Shown piece after piece: positions 1-11,642 of a DNA stretch of 64,000 bases; position 1 is the stretch's first letter, and every line of letters starts with the position of its first letter. Source of the DNA: Basidiobolus meristosporus CBS 931.73. Its lineage: Eukaryota; Fungi; Basidiobolomycota. The notes under the pieces are model-generated. The model did not search any database, was not told where the DNA came from, and saw only the letters and a list, made by a program, of their open reading frames with translations. Both the position numbers and the translations under genes were made by a program. Location of the stretch: contig MCFE01000081.1 of the NCBI GenBank assembly GCA_002104905.1, positions 1 to 64,000 on the forward strand, read 5' to 3'.

Positions 1-318
1 TCGCATAGGAAGACCAAACATATTGGCACCCGTATATTGGCACCCATTATCATCAACGCAGCTGAAAGAGCTCAGCTTTGGAGGAATAATGCTTCCAGAT
101 GCTATGATTCGGCATTTGCAATAGATAGCGGGACATTTACTTTTGGACTTTCCGAAGACTGTCAGTCCGCCACTCTTGCCTGGTGTCAGGGTGAGAATGC
201 CAGGATAGTTGAATCCCGGACCACCATCCTTAAGACATGGGTTAAGCGTCTTGTCAATATCCCAAGCGTTGGCAGCTATAGCAAGACATCCGAGCAAAGC
301 TGCTAGTTTGAGCACCAT
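1..318 (-). CDS. Putative secreted protein, 3' end beyond the left window edge (absent from the ORF track)
   Basis: ATG at 318 opens 106 stop-free codons to position 1: MVLKLAALLGCLAIAANA|WDIDKTLNPCLKDGGPGFNYPGILTLTPGK... It has a signal-peptide-like N-terminus. A possible intron (gtaaat at ~140 to tttcag at ~62) leaves the downstream frame uncertain. Confidence 0.6.
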   Translation of the reverse strand, partial: MVLKLAALLGCLAIAANAWDIDKTLNPCLKDGGPGFNYPGILTLTPGKSGGLTVFGKSKSKCPAIYCKCRIIASGSIIPPKLSSFSCVDDNGCQYTGANMFGLPMR

Positions 319-1036
319 GTTGGTTATTTTTAAACGTAAAGCGATGAAAAAACTTGATACACAAAAAAACGAGTTGTACCATTTTATTTATACCTCTGAC
401 AAGTAGTACTCCTAAGTCAATGGATGAGATGATCGACAGTATATCAGATATTTCATTTGCTGGGAACGTCAAGATTACGTAGGTCAATCATTCTGATGTA
501 CTTCTCACTCCAGCATGTCGGCTCAGATAAGAGAATATTGGTCTTCACAGGTAAATAGGAGCCTGATGATTCATGTAATATGCATGATATGATCTCCTGT
601 GTCACTTTTCTCAGCAGGGACATCCTTTCATGATACATACTACTGTCCTTTTGTTGTAAATCCGTAGACTGTACCGATATTTACCGTTCATGCATATTAC
701 CGCCCTATTATTGCAAGTTTCCAGGGATTACTAGTAGTGATTTGGGTAACTAGAAGATACGAAGGATAGAGTACTTCTATTAAGTAAAGTTTGGGGCCGG
801 AAGTGAGATCATGAAGAATAATTAGGCTGTAATAATGCTTTCATACATAGGATACGTGGACACTTCACTCCCAGTCCAGGCTCTGTATTCACATAAAAGT
901 GCGTGTACCAGACATGTTGACGGAACAATACTACTCACGTCGCTTTATAAGCAATGAAGTACTACTTGGTGAAGCATTGAGAAAGAGAAAGTTGAAACGG
1001 TTTATTTCAGTAGACAAGTAAACTGGTGGTAAAGAT

Positions 1037-2648
1037 TTAACAAGCACCCAGATCGGTCCACACATTTTGGCCATTATTTCCGGGAGTATCATTCTGAGTC
1101 CACCATTTGGCCTGCCAGAGATGCCCATTGTACGTTACCTTTTGTGCTCCGTTGTACGCCTGAGATGATTTCCAGGTATCAACTCCGCTGCAGACACCGG
1201 GTGTAGTAGTAGGTGTCGAAGTGGTAGTAGGCTTTGTCACCGAAGAAGTGGTAGTAGGTTTTGTCGCTGAAGAAGTGGTTGGAGGCTTGGTAGCTGAAGC
1301 CGTAGTGGTTACTGTCACAGGGGGTTGAGTGGTATCTGGCTGGCGAACAACCTGGACGGCATTCAAAAGCTCATCATTCGAGTCATTTGTCATATCCCAG
1401 AACATGACCCCCCGTAACCCCTGCTGCTTGGAATATTCGGCCTTAACCTTTAACGACTGTGGATCATCGTAAGATATGTACATCTTATTGCTAGAGCCGA
1501 ATAACCAAGGAGTCTGCGTTACATTATCCCAGTAACGATTCCAGCCGTTGATGGGGCTGGACGGCCCGTTCTTGAGAATTTCACTGCGAAGGTACTTCCA
1601 AGCCCAAAGTCCACCATAGACGGACCCTTCATTACAAAACGCATTTGGCTCGTTGGAGTCTGATGGGTCCCCTTTAGGCACGGTTGGTGACTTGGAAACG
1701 TACTGGTTGGATGGGTTCGAGTTCATGTCCACAGTAGCGGTCAGCGATCTGCCATAGAATGGCAGACCCATTACCAACTTGTTGGCCGGCCACTTGGCAT
1801 TCAACCAGGCCTTGGATGCTTGACGGAATGAAAATGGGTCTCCACCTTTGGTGTCGTAGTCAAATGGAGCATTTGGACCAGTTGTAGCAGACCAGCCGCC
1901 ATTGATGTCATATGCCATAACGTTGATAAAGTCAAAATAGGGGACGAATGCTGAAACATCCTTGAGCGGATTGCCACCAGGCCCGTCAAACGGCTGAACC
2001 CTCACAGCCGCAGTTATTAGCTTGTGCTCGGTAGGGAACTCCTTGTCAAGCGCAGCACGTAGTTCTTTTAGCAGGGTCAGGTAATTCGCAGTATCTGCTG
2101 CATCATAAACATTGCACACTGCTCCCTCTCTTGCAGGATACTCCCAATCAATATCAATTCCATCCAAGTCCCATCCGTCAGGGGTCTGCCTTCAGGTTTT
2201 GTATTTTTGCGGACAAAAACGAGAGCATTATTGATGAATTTCTGACGAAGCAACGGGTCGCGAACTACCAGCGAGAACGTCTGACTTCCAGTCCAGCCAC
2301 CGAGGGAAATCTGCACTTTGACCCCTTTGGGGGTAGCAAGTTGCTTCAGTTGGCGAATGGCGGTACCGTCATAATCCGGGTCGATGAAGATGTTGGTTGG
2401 GTCGTCTTTCTTCGTCAGAACACCGAAGCCTTGAAAAAGATTAGTGTTTTGAAATGGCAATCACTCTCCGGACTAATAGACTTACCGTAGTTGATGTGAG
2501 TGACCTTGTCATAGCTGAGCTGGCTAGGTTGCACATTTCCCCAAGGAACGTAATATCCCACGATCACTTTGTCATCGGCAGCTAGCGCTGACGGGGAAAG
2601 TACGATGGCAACGGAGAGGGCGGAAAGAAGAAATTGAGTAAACTTCAT
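1037..2648 (-). CDS. Secreted GH18 chitinase with Thr-rich linker and C-terminal CBM5/12 (ChtBD3-like) domain; one intron plus an apparent frameshift
   Basis: Signal peptide MKFTQFLLSALSVAIVLSPSALA, then VIVGYY, SLGGW, catalytic DGIDIDWEYP, VMAYD, GLPFYG and WDM motifs. C-terminal W..SQAY....VTYNGHLWQAKWWT is CBM5/12-like. Intron 2430-2485 (gtaagt...ctaat...caag). The frame changes near 2170-2190. Confidence 0.93.
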
Positions 2649-4345
2649 GCTGTTGTTGTTTTTTTCTAAAGCGTAGATGGACTCTTATACCTTCGGATGA
2701 GGTGAGGATACAGGAAATAGCTGGCAAGAAGCAAGTATACCAGCTGTTAATTATTCCAAATAAAGGAGAGCTCTGATGATGGTATGTACTAAAGATACTC
2801 TCTCTATTTCAGCACCTTCTCCAGTTCAAAACAAGCAGATGGACCTTAATATTTAACATGTTTGGACACGAGGGAACCAGATTCTCCCACCAGTGAGATA
2901 TAAATGCACATCCCTCCTTGAGCTACTAACCGCACCACATCCCAACTTTGCCTTTGAATAGTTTACTTTACAGGTTGTAACTAAGTGTCACCTTATTTAC
3001 ATAAATAAGTCAAGGATCATAGCAAAACGAAGTGGCTTACTTGATTTTGAACTCGTTTTTCGCAAAGGAGTTAAACCAAACAAGGACTACCACATCGCCA
3101 GTTAACTTTACCTAGAGTGTCAAGATCACGACACTCACACTGAGCCAGAATGGGGTAGTCCATATATAGCTAAATTTGGCACTCACGCTAGCTTTGCTGT
3201 AGGACAGTGAATGCAATTTGGACATAAAAGCGGCGTTAGATTCATTTAGATTACATGGTTGGCCAATGTAAGTTAGCTGCAAGGCTCGGTAACTTACTCA
3301 AGTCCTCGATAGCCTGCATAATAGGCATGATGCGTATAGATTTGACTACACGGTTGTTGCAAGTAATAATACAATAAGAATTATCCAATGTCGATCAAAA
3401 ATTATAATCAATGGATTCACTTCAATCTGGTGACGTTGCTTCAGAAATAAATTAGATGTTTCCTCCTGATAAACCCCAACACATTCTATTTGTTTCAACA
3501 AGTGATGGATATTGCAGCTGGCCGTTCTTATTGAAACGCTACCTGAGAGCAATGTTTCGAAATACGTGATTGAAATCGTAGCAGAAGAAGTCAAGCCACC
3601 TTATGAATGTATTACATAAGATGATTCATGCTGCCCAAAATGAGCTTCGCCACATATACCAGAAAATCCCGGGAAATTACGGAGATATATTTATCCAAGA
3701 TCATCTAAAAGAGTCCTCAGATATAGCGTACATCTTTCCAATGACCTTCACCGTGTGGTACCTCAGTTAATTATAAAGCAGGTGTACACCACACTCGAGT
3801 AACAGCGACCAAGCGATTGGCGTACCTCGGGACGATCCCCTGTCAAGAAGTACGTGTGTAGAGGAACTAAGGTGCATATAAAGTGAGCTAGATATTATGC
3901 TGTATAAGAGACACCCGGGATAGGCGTTGAACGAATTGCATACTACACAAAAAATGTATGGAGATCAAAATGATGGGTGTGAATTTTCGCATGCATGTTA
4001 AATTAATGTGACACTTGGCTCCAACTTACTCGCATTCATAGCCACTAGAGTGATTGAGCATAGCAATGATCGCCATTGCAGTATGACCTTCCTTCAAATG
4101 GTGGCTATAACCTGTATCATGCCTACTCATATTGCTGCTGAATCAGATTTGAAAGTTGCTCTGCACCACAGTGTTGGGCATCTAAATGCTACTTTCACGA
4201 CAGATATATCCAGGATGTGATTGCGGAAGGCCAGGTACCGTAACCCAATATTGAACAGAGTGTTGGGGTGGGGATTACCATGAAGTGCGTGCTGGGCAGT
4301 AGCTATAAATAATGGTGTGAAACGAAAGTGCAAGAACATCCACAA

Positions 4346-4675
4346 ATGCGTTTCTCAATTGCCGCCATCACCTCTCTCTTTGCTGCTGCTTCATTGACTC
4401 AAGCGGTCGAATTCGAGGCTTGTATCAACTCCAACGGTGTGAACTGCTCTGTTCGTAGGTGCCCCGTCAACGAATGCTGCAACTTCCAACCAGATTTGAA
4501 AAACAATATGGCAAGTGGCAGGGTCCGTGCGCTGGTTAATTGCGTGATATTCTACAACTCCAACTGCCAAGGAAACTACTGGATTCTGGACCATAGAGAC
4601 GACGGCAAATTCACCAATCTACCCAGCTGGATCAAGAATAATAATGCGGCTGTGCGTTGCGAAGACGGAATGTGA
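4346..4675 (+). CDS. Small secreted Cys-rich protein, beta/gamma-crystallin-like (paralog A, 109 aa)
   Basis: Signal peptide MRFSIAAITSLFAAASLTQA; 8 Cys; motifs NNMASG, FYNSNCQG and IKNNNAAVRC; clear homology to 5163-5477. The fold assignment is inferred from motif spacing. Confidence 0.85.
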   Translation: MRFSIAAITSLFAAASLTQAVEFEACINSNGVNCSVRRCPVNECCNFQPDLKNNMASGRVRALVNCVIFYNSNCQGNYWILDHRDDGKFTNLPSWIKNNNAAVRCEDGM

Positions 4676-4873
4676 TAGAGATGGAGATAAATTATGAGCT
4701 AAATCCATGCGAAATAAATGATCGTAAACTTTAAGTCGAACAAAGCCCCAATTTGGATTTAGTAACTGTGATAGAGATAGAGATGAACTATAAGCTAAAT
4801 TGAAATCCATGCGAAATAAATGACCGTAAACTTCAAGTCGAACAAAACCACTCCCCAATTGGGATTTAGTAAC
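4671..4873 (+). repeat. Imperfect tandem duplication (96 bp + 107 bp) of the stop-codon/3' region of paralog A
   Basis: tgtgatagagat(g/a)gagat...aaatccatgcgaaataaatga(t/c)cgtaaactt(t/c)aagtcgaacaaa...gatttagtaac occurs at 4671-4766 and 4767-4873. Confidence 0.9.
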
Positions 4874-5162
4874 GAGGTAGTGGCATCGTACTACAATAGC
4901 CTGATAAAGACCTCTTGGTATGTAACATTGCACATTACAACTCAATCACTATAACAATCCTGGCAACGATCGTCCAATATGAAGTATGTCACTGTGTGAG
5001 CGTATATCCAATATATGAGCGGTCAGAGTAGGGTGTAGTAATTTATAAACATTAATATTCCTTAAATAAAGCCAAACTAGAGAGCATCTTGTCAAGTTGG
5101 CTTTTTGTATAAAAAGGAGAGCTCCCCTTCGGGGTGATTCATCAAATCCTTTGCTCGGTACA

Positions 5163-5477
5163 ATGCGCCCCTTTGCACTCGCTACCATCGCTCTCTTAGC
5201 CGTCGTCTCTACCGTTCAAGCTGGCTCTTTCTACGCCTGTGTCAACTCTGGTGGTGGTAACTGCAGTGAACGTCAATGTAGCAAGGGCAACTGCTGCAAC
5301 TTCCAGGCAGATATGAAAAATAACATGGCCAGTGGCTGCGCCGCCAGCCATTTGGGCTGCACTATTTACTACAACTCCAATTGCCAAGGGGCATCATTTT
5401 TACTGGATAACCAATGCTTCCAAAATCTTCCGGCCTTCATTAAAAACAATAATGCCTCTGTCAGATGCAACTTTTAA
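5163..5477 (+). CDS. Small secreted Cys-rich protein, beta/gamma-crystallin-like (paralog B, 104 aa)
   Basis: Signal peptide MRPFALATIALLAVVSTVQA; 10 Cys; motifs NNMASG, YYNSNCQG and IKNNNASVRC. Confidence 0.87.
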   Translation: MRPFALATIALLAVVSTVQAGSFYACVNSGGGNCSERQCSKGNCCNFQADMKNNMASGCAASHLGCTIYYNSNCQGASFLLDNQCFQNLPAFIKNNNASVRCNF

Positions 5478-7498
5478 ACAATAAACTCATCCATGTGCAC
5501 CATCGCCAACGTTCACCTTGTGGGTCCTAATTCGATTAGGAACCGATCATCATGCCAGTGATTCAGTAAAAGCAGGGTTATATAGGGCAATCGCTCCGAC
5601 TGCAGCCATTTCGGAAAGATCCATGTTGATCATGAGTTGCTAAGCATAAGAGCCAAAACAATGAACCTGATGATCAGCATCTTCTTGGTTCCAACCTCTG
5701 CATGCTACCTTGATCCTGTAGAGGCCTCAATGATTGAGCTGCCGGATTGTCAGTGAAAGTAGGAATGTAGCCTGTGTTTCGAATATATACCTGTGTGTAG
5801 TATAACCAGCGCTTTGAATACCCTCCACCAATACAAAATAGAACTGGGACCTAGTAAGGTGCGTAGAGATCACACAACACCAACAAGGATTGTAGAAATT
5901 TCAGCAAGCTACTCTGATAGGTACCAATAATTGTAGAACTACCAAATGCTGGGGAGCTTTATTAACGCAATATTATCTTTGGTCCTAAGAAATCCTCTCC
6001 GGGTAATTCTAATATTATAATTATAATCAACAGGCTAAACAATATTGTTTTCGATTTAGTAGTAAGTTTAGATAATTCCGGAATACCACACTACTGGAAT
6101 AGCTTAGCATGGCGATTTGATGCTTGCAGGATTTATAATGGAGGTTGATGTTTATACAGCATCGTCACGATCGCTTTGCATCACCCCCCTCTCATTTCTG
6201 TTGCGCTAAACACTAATGGTAAAATTACAATCGCCTGCCATCTTGATATCAATGAGGCCGCCTTATTACAGCTTCCAGTACGAACGAAGCCTCGAGCATT
6301 AAGTAGCAAGTCGACACTCGCCAGAAAATGATTTTCATACCCGACCAAAGTCGACTATATTACCCAATAAGAGCAGATCTCTAAGCTTTATAACTTCCGG
6401 CTCATTTACACGGATTCCCAAGTCTAGGTGCATGGTTTGGAAATCTATGGTACGGAGAAACGGGTATTATGATGTGGTTTGTATGCAGTATTGTGAAAGG
6501 TAGCTCCTTTTCAGAGATGAACTCCAATGGAAGGTAGCAATTCGCATCCGCAGGATCTCTAGACGATCAAGGTAATGATTCACGAGCAGCATGTACGCTA
6601 TGTTTCTCATGAATCAGCCCCTGTGTTCTGGGAAGGAGCATTGGATAAGTTGGGAAGAGTGGAAATATACGCATTCATCCGAAACATGGAACATGTGTTC
6701 TTCCGGCAGATGTTGCAATGCATTTTTTTAAGGTTTAATGAGTGGTGGATCTTAGTTCTGGCATGGCGCATGCATACATTCATTGGCGTAGGTAGAAATT
6801 TCCTTGGCTTTTGCATCTTCTGCACAAGCAACCAAATCTCAGTATGTGCTTGCTGAGCAGAATGGGACTTCTTTCAAGCGCTTTCATGTGGTGGAAATGG
6901 GGGAAAGTAGACATGAGTATTAACAAGATTAGTGGTATTCAATAGGGGTCAGAGGGAAGTACGATTCGATCGCATTTGATTTGTTGAGCTCACAACACTC
7001 GACTATAAGGCTAGCCTTGTGTGTAACCACTTGTTCTACACCAAATATTGTTCTTCATCTATCCCATTGGCATCTCGCGCCCAACAACCAGAATGTGCAC
7101 CTGGTCATTGTGAAGGAGATTGCCTAACCAGTTGCCTTACATTAGCCTGAATACATATACATTTAATTGCTGGTGAGACAAGAACGGATGAGTCGAGAGA
7201 GATCCCAATTCTCCCTAATATCTCTGTCAACCTCACTCTATGTATGGAAGTTGGGGTACATTAGAATGGAAATTTTGCTATATATGTGTATATATTGTGT
7301 ATATATTATATCTGAACATAGTACCGAATTAATGAAAAAGCCTGGATCAAACAGGCTTCGGTCTTGGATCTGATCTGATCCACGTCTCGCGCTTTGACAC
7401 ATCTCGCCACCTAACACCCTCAAAATGATATAAAGGATCCACCCACAGCGCCAATTTTCTGTTAATCGATTTCTTTCAGCACCCAACCCAAGCTTTCT

Positions 7499-8638
7499 TT
7501 GCATATGGATCCCCATTCTCATTACTATCGACTTGGGCAGCATGCTGAGGCATTTCCAGGGATGGCCCCACACTATATATCCAACTCACATATACAGTCT
7601 TCGCCTTGCTTACCAGGTACGTTTAGATTTCTCTACAGAGAATTAAATGGCAGTCAACTCATCCTTTGGTATTTTCTAGACAAAGAAATCAAGGTGGAAC
7701 AGACAAGCCCATATAGATATGAGCCATATTCAAAGTCTCCCAACAAATGTAGCTCCACATCCACCGCAGCCGATAACAGCTCCAAGATAGATTTGAGAAT
7801 CAACGAGCCTTCCTACTATAGAGACTACTGCAATAAACGCCATGAATATCAGTCACCAGAGATGGACTCGCAACTACAAACGGCGATACAGTCAATATTG
7901 ACCGAATTTGAGTCCAAGAAAATATTCACCGCCTCTGGGACCACACCGACAGCCAAAAGAAAAAGGGCAAACAACGAGCAACTTCGGATTCTCAAACAGG
8001 TGTTTGAATACACCTTTTTTCCGTCCACAGAATTGCGAAATGAGCTGGCCAGAGTTTTGGAGATGACACCTCGAGCTGTGCAGGTGTGGTTTCAAAACAA
8101 ACGGCAATCTTGGAAATCATCCAAAGGGAAGTTTTCGAATGGGAAAAGGAGCACCTCACCTGCTGTGAACCCTTTAAAAAACCCCCCTCCTTCCGAATAT
8201 ACGCCGCCCGTGCTAGACTTACCCATTCGTAACTCGGCGCTGACTATGATGCCACCAACAACCAAAGTTCACAACGGTCACTTGTACAAGTCGACAGTGG
8301 ACAATGAGCTTCTAAACAGAACTGATCCATACCCATCGCCTGCAATGACAGAGCCCAGGTTTGCTCTTCGGGAATCATACTTTGAACCCTTGGCTCCATT
8401 CCACACACTTCACCCCCCGAGCCAGCAACAGCCCCCGAAAAGAAATCCATTGCTTGGCCACGACAACAAATTACCATCTTTGCTAGAAATGGGAATATCC
8501 TCACAGGGAAATTCACACCAAAATCCTCCACATGACATTCGGGTTCCCCCACCTGTAGAAAGCCGTGGATTCCTGTACACAGAGCAGCGCAACCAATTAT
8601 CTACTCTACCTGCACCTTATTCAAACACAAGATTTTGA
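7499..8638 (+). CDS. Homeodomain transcription factor (probable in-frame 63-nt intron 7617-7679)
   Basis: Homeodomain KRKRANNEQLRILKQVFEYTFFPSTELRNELARVLEMTPRAVQVWFQNKRQ with the WFQNKR hallmark; Pro/Ser-rich tail; gtacgt...ttctag intron signals. Confidence 0.9.
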   Translation: MHMDPHSHYYRLGQHAEAFPGMAPHYISNSHIQSSPCLPGTFRFLYRELNGSQLILWYFLDKEIKVEQTSPYRYEPYSKSPNKCSSTSTAADNSSKIDLRINEPSYYRDYCNKRHEYQSPEMDSQLQTAIQSILTEFESKKIFTASGTTPTAKRKRANNEQLRILKQVFEYTFFPSTELRNELARVLEMTPRAVQVWFQNKRQSWKSSKGKFSNGKRSTSPAVNPLKNPPPSEYTPPVLDLPIRNSALTMMPPTTKVHNGHLYKSTVDNELLNRTDPYPSPAMTEPRFALRESYFEPLAPFHTLHPPSQQQPPKRNPLLGHDNKLPSLLEMGISSQGNSHQNPPHDIRVPPPVESRGFLYTEQRNQLSTLPAPYSNTRF

Positions 8639-10683
8639 ATATGGTTGACTCCCTTAGGCATCCTTCAATTTAGCTGATCTTGTACAATAGCCGCATCATG
8701 TAAACTTAATTGACCTCTTAATAATAACCTTTAGAACACAGCATATTTACAAATATGAGATTGTCACAGGCGTATTCAGCCCTCTCCAGGTCTGACCTTA
8801 CCGGAATCCACTGACACCGAGATTGTTGAGTGGTGGTGGGATGTAATAGTGAACCAAGACATCTGTAACCGTCGTGAATGCATGGATTTCCATCCTACCA
8901 ATCAGTGTTCTATCAGGATTGGTAGATAGATTGTGATCTATATGTATGCGAAACAGCTTGGACCAATCATGACACGCGCATGATTAAAATTCATTCGGCT
9001 TGATTAATGATTCAGACAAGCTTAATTTAAGTCTGAGGGGGGGAGCAGGCAGGCATCGTTTTGGGCGAAAACCTATCTGAAGATCCGTAAATCAACCCCG
9101 TTCACATCAAGATCCAGTGATAAGCTTAACGCAGGGGAAATATCGCTAAGCCTCACATAAATTCACCACTCTGAATATCTCCGATCCGATCTGAGCCTCA
9201 GATGAGATCTAGCGGTGCTACTTGGGAATCGTATTGCAAGTGAGCCAGGTTGCCAACTCCCGCATCAACGGCCTAACCTAATCCCTTGCACCGACTTCCA
9301 AGGTCACATATCCCATTGGTGTTGATTGATTGGAATGGGAACAATGTACATCCCGAAACCTTATGAGTTACCGAATTTATCAACGTAGTGGAGCACTGAT
9401 AAAGGTATCGCAACTCTAATCCAACTGATGTCATACCTGATGAATTTGTACCCATTTCAGTGGGATAGATGAAACGTATCATTTGAGCATATGGAATTCT
9501 ATCTAGCCCAGCCACTTCAAGCCCGTTGCACATTTGCCGAACAGGTTGTAGCTATTATGGATCCCGTTTTGTGCCAGTGCACAAGGCAATCATTGTAGCG
9601 TACCATCACCCGTAGGATGACTTGGCGTAAACTGGCTACCATGACTTATTTGAGGGCCACCATCTCTTTGTCTCAAAGCAATAGTGCTTTAAGTGGACTC
9701 CGTTCATGTTTGAGTCGTCACCCTTCATTGGCTCCAAACAAACGGTAGGCTATTCCCACCGCCATTTCTGGACCAATCCAGTCCATGCTGATGGGTGCAC
9801 ACTGGGCGAAATCAATATTGAAATTAATATTACACATCCCCCTTTTCTCTTCTTGATATAGGGAACTACACTTGATCAGATCTTGGGGAAAAGGGGCCAT
9901 CGCTACTTGTACGAACATCGAATCTCTCTGGGAGGATACAGATCCCAGGTTGTACACGTTTCTATTTGAGGGATTTCTTCCCAGCCCGCCCCAACTTTCC
10001 CTGAACCATCAATCGAGGGCAACCTAAGAGTTTGCAATGTAGGTTGTGTTCGAGGTTGGAAGCGGGTCTAGACTTGGTGACGGTGGCCTCCCATTGTGAT
10101 GCAGGATAATCCAGATGCTGTGTCATCGATGGTCTGAACCCCCTGTGAAAAGAACACCATTTTAGGATCGGTAGCTTCCAAGGTGTGGTCAAACCGACGA
10201 AATGATGGATTGATGGAAGGTGGATATGGCGTATTGCTTTGGATCCTTCTGCTTCACCGGAGATGTCTCATCGTGGGGAGGAGCGACCATCACATTCCAA
10301 CCGTCATCTCATTGTTTGTTTTGGCACTCTTTCCATTAGAGGTAAACGTATATCCAGCGTACGACGTCGTCACGTGAACTCGATCAATTTCAGAGAAAAT
10401 GAACGGAATCATCGAACAAATCCCAAATCCCAAATTTTTCTGGCCGCTATAAAGCAACTGTGATCACGTCCTCCAAAACTCAGCCATCGCAGATTTACTT
10501 ATCTCCCTTCAAGAGTTTTCATGATGATTGAGGGGCCATTTATTCTGCGTAAATCAATTTCACGTTGATTCGCTAACACTGGTGAGATCCCTCTTCAAGG
10601 AACGATGACCAGAGTTTGATAGTAACCTCGTGACATTTCTATTCCATCTTGGAATGCATTTTACCTTCTAAGTTTGAATACTT

Positions 10684-11642
10684 CTACGGATCGGCTTCGG
10701 ATGCGCTTGATGCGCTATCGAGTACGCGATTCATGTTGAAACTAGGTCGATAGTTTCTAGCGATGAGCAGGATGGCGTCGCTGCAGCTACAACAGACGGC
10801 ATTTAACTTCACCCAGCCGACTGTGGATTGGAAAAGGAAGGTTAGGCGGCAGACGCATAGTTCCTCTCGGACTTGTTTGATCTTTTCCAGCACATATTCT
10901 TTCTGATCGGGGTGCACCAGGTTGGTGAGCTTGTTATTGATCAGGGTATCGCTTTCGACGCCAAGTAAAGTCTGACTCACAGAGGAGACATACACTATGT
11001 TCGGATCGGCAGTGTTTTGTAAAGCAAATACCACTCGAGGCTGTGGAGTTAATTGTAAACTCTCTCCGTTGTCGAAAAGCTCGTGTTGCAGACGAGTCAG
11101 CATGGCGTGGTTGCTGGGGCTTAAATTCTAGGAAAAGTTCAGTATTCTGTACAGTGGGAACAGCTAAGAAGTGGAGGGAGGGAATTGCCTTGGCTGTAAC
11201 TGCCCCATCAGCCTTGAAAGCGAACCATCTTTCAACAGTCTGGGCACGTTCTACATAGTAAACCAGGTCAACTGAAGGGTCAAAGGTCAAGGTTGATCGT
11301 GCTCTTACTAGTACGGCCGGCTTGTTCTGGTTCTATCTGGTTCAGAATGATGGTCCTTAAGTTGTAGCTTACGGAGACAAAGGCTTCCACAGTGATGTGC
11401 TCTCCATTTTTATGTTTAAGAACAAAACTACTTCCTTGGATCAAACTATCCTTCTTCAGGAAATAGGCGGAGCATAGTCTCCCCATAGCGCGCTGTTCTG
11501 GGAGGCAGATATCGGCCAGAGTAGTATTCAGTAGCTCGTCAGGCTCATAGCCCAGGACACGCTGGACACTTGGAGAGATGTACACCATGCTGGTGTCGAT
11601 ATCCTCTTTGCAGAAGATGAAAAAACTCTTTTCCTCTGTCAT
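10684..11642 (-). CDS. Two-PAS-domain protein (3 exons: 11642-11309, 11250-11189, 11127-10684; ~279 aa)
   Basis: PAS1 MVYISPSVQRVLGYEPDELL...LKHKNG; PAS2 PRVVFAL...IVYVSSVSQTLLGVESDTL...LVHPD. A GT-AG intron (11251-11308) and a proposed GC-AG intron (11128-11188) join three ORF-track fragments into one 840-nt frame. Confidence 0.75.

Noticed and set aside
2174-2215. A 29-35 nt micro-intron rescuing the chitinase frame
   Set aside because: The donors are weak, the size is far below the other introns here (56-112 nt), and it would delete the conserved FVRK helix.
5480-7490. Short ORFs between the crystallin-like genes and the homeobox gene (e.g. 6575-6856, 6607-6831)
   Set aside because: No motifs, no paralogy and atypical composition.
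8640-10680. Short ORFs downstream of the homeobox gene
   Set aside because: Could not be assembled into a plausible gene or TE remnant by eye.
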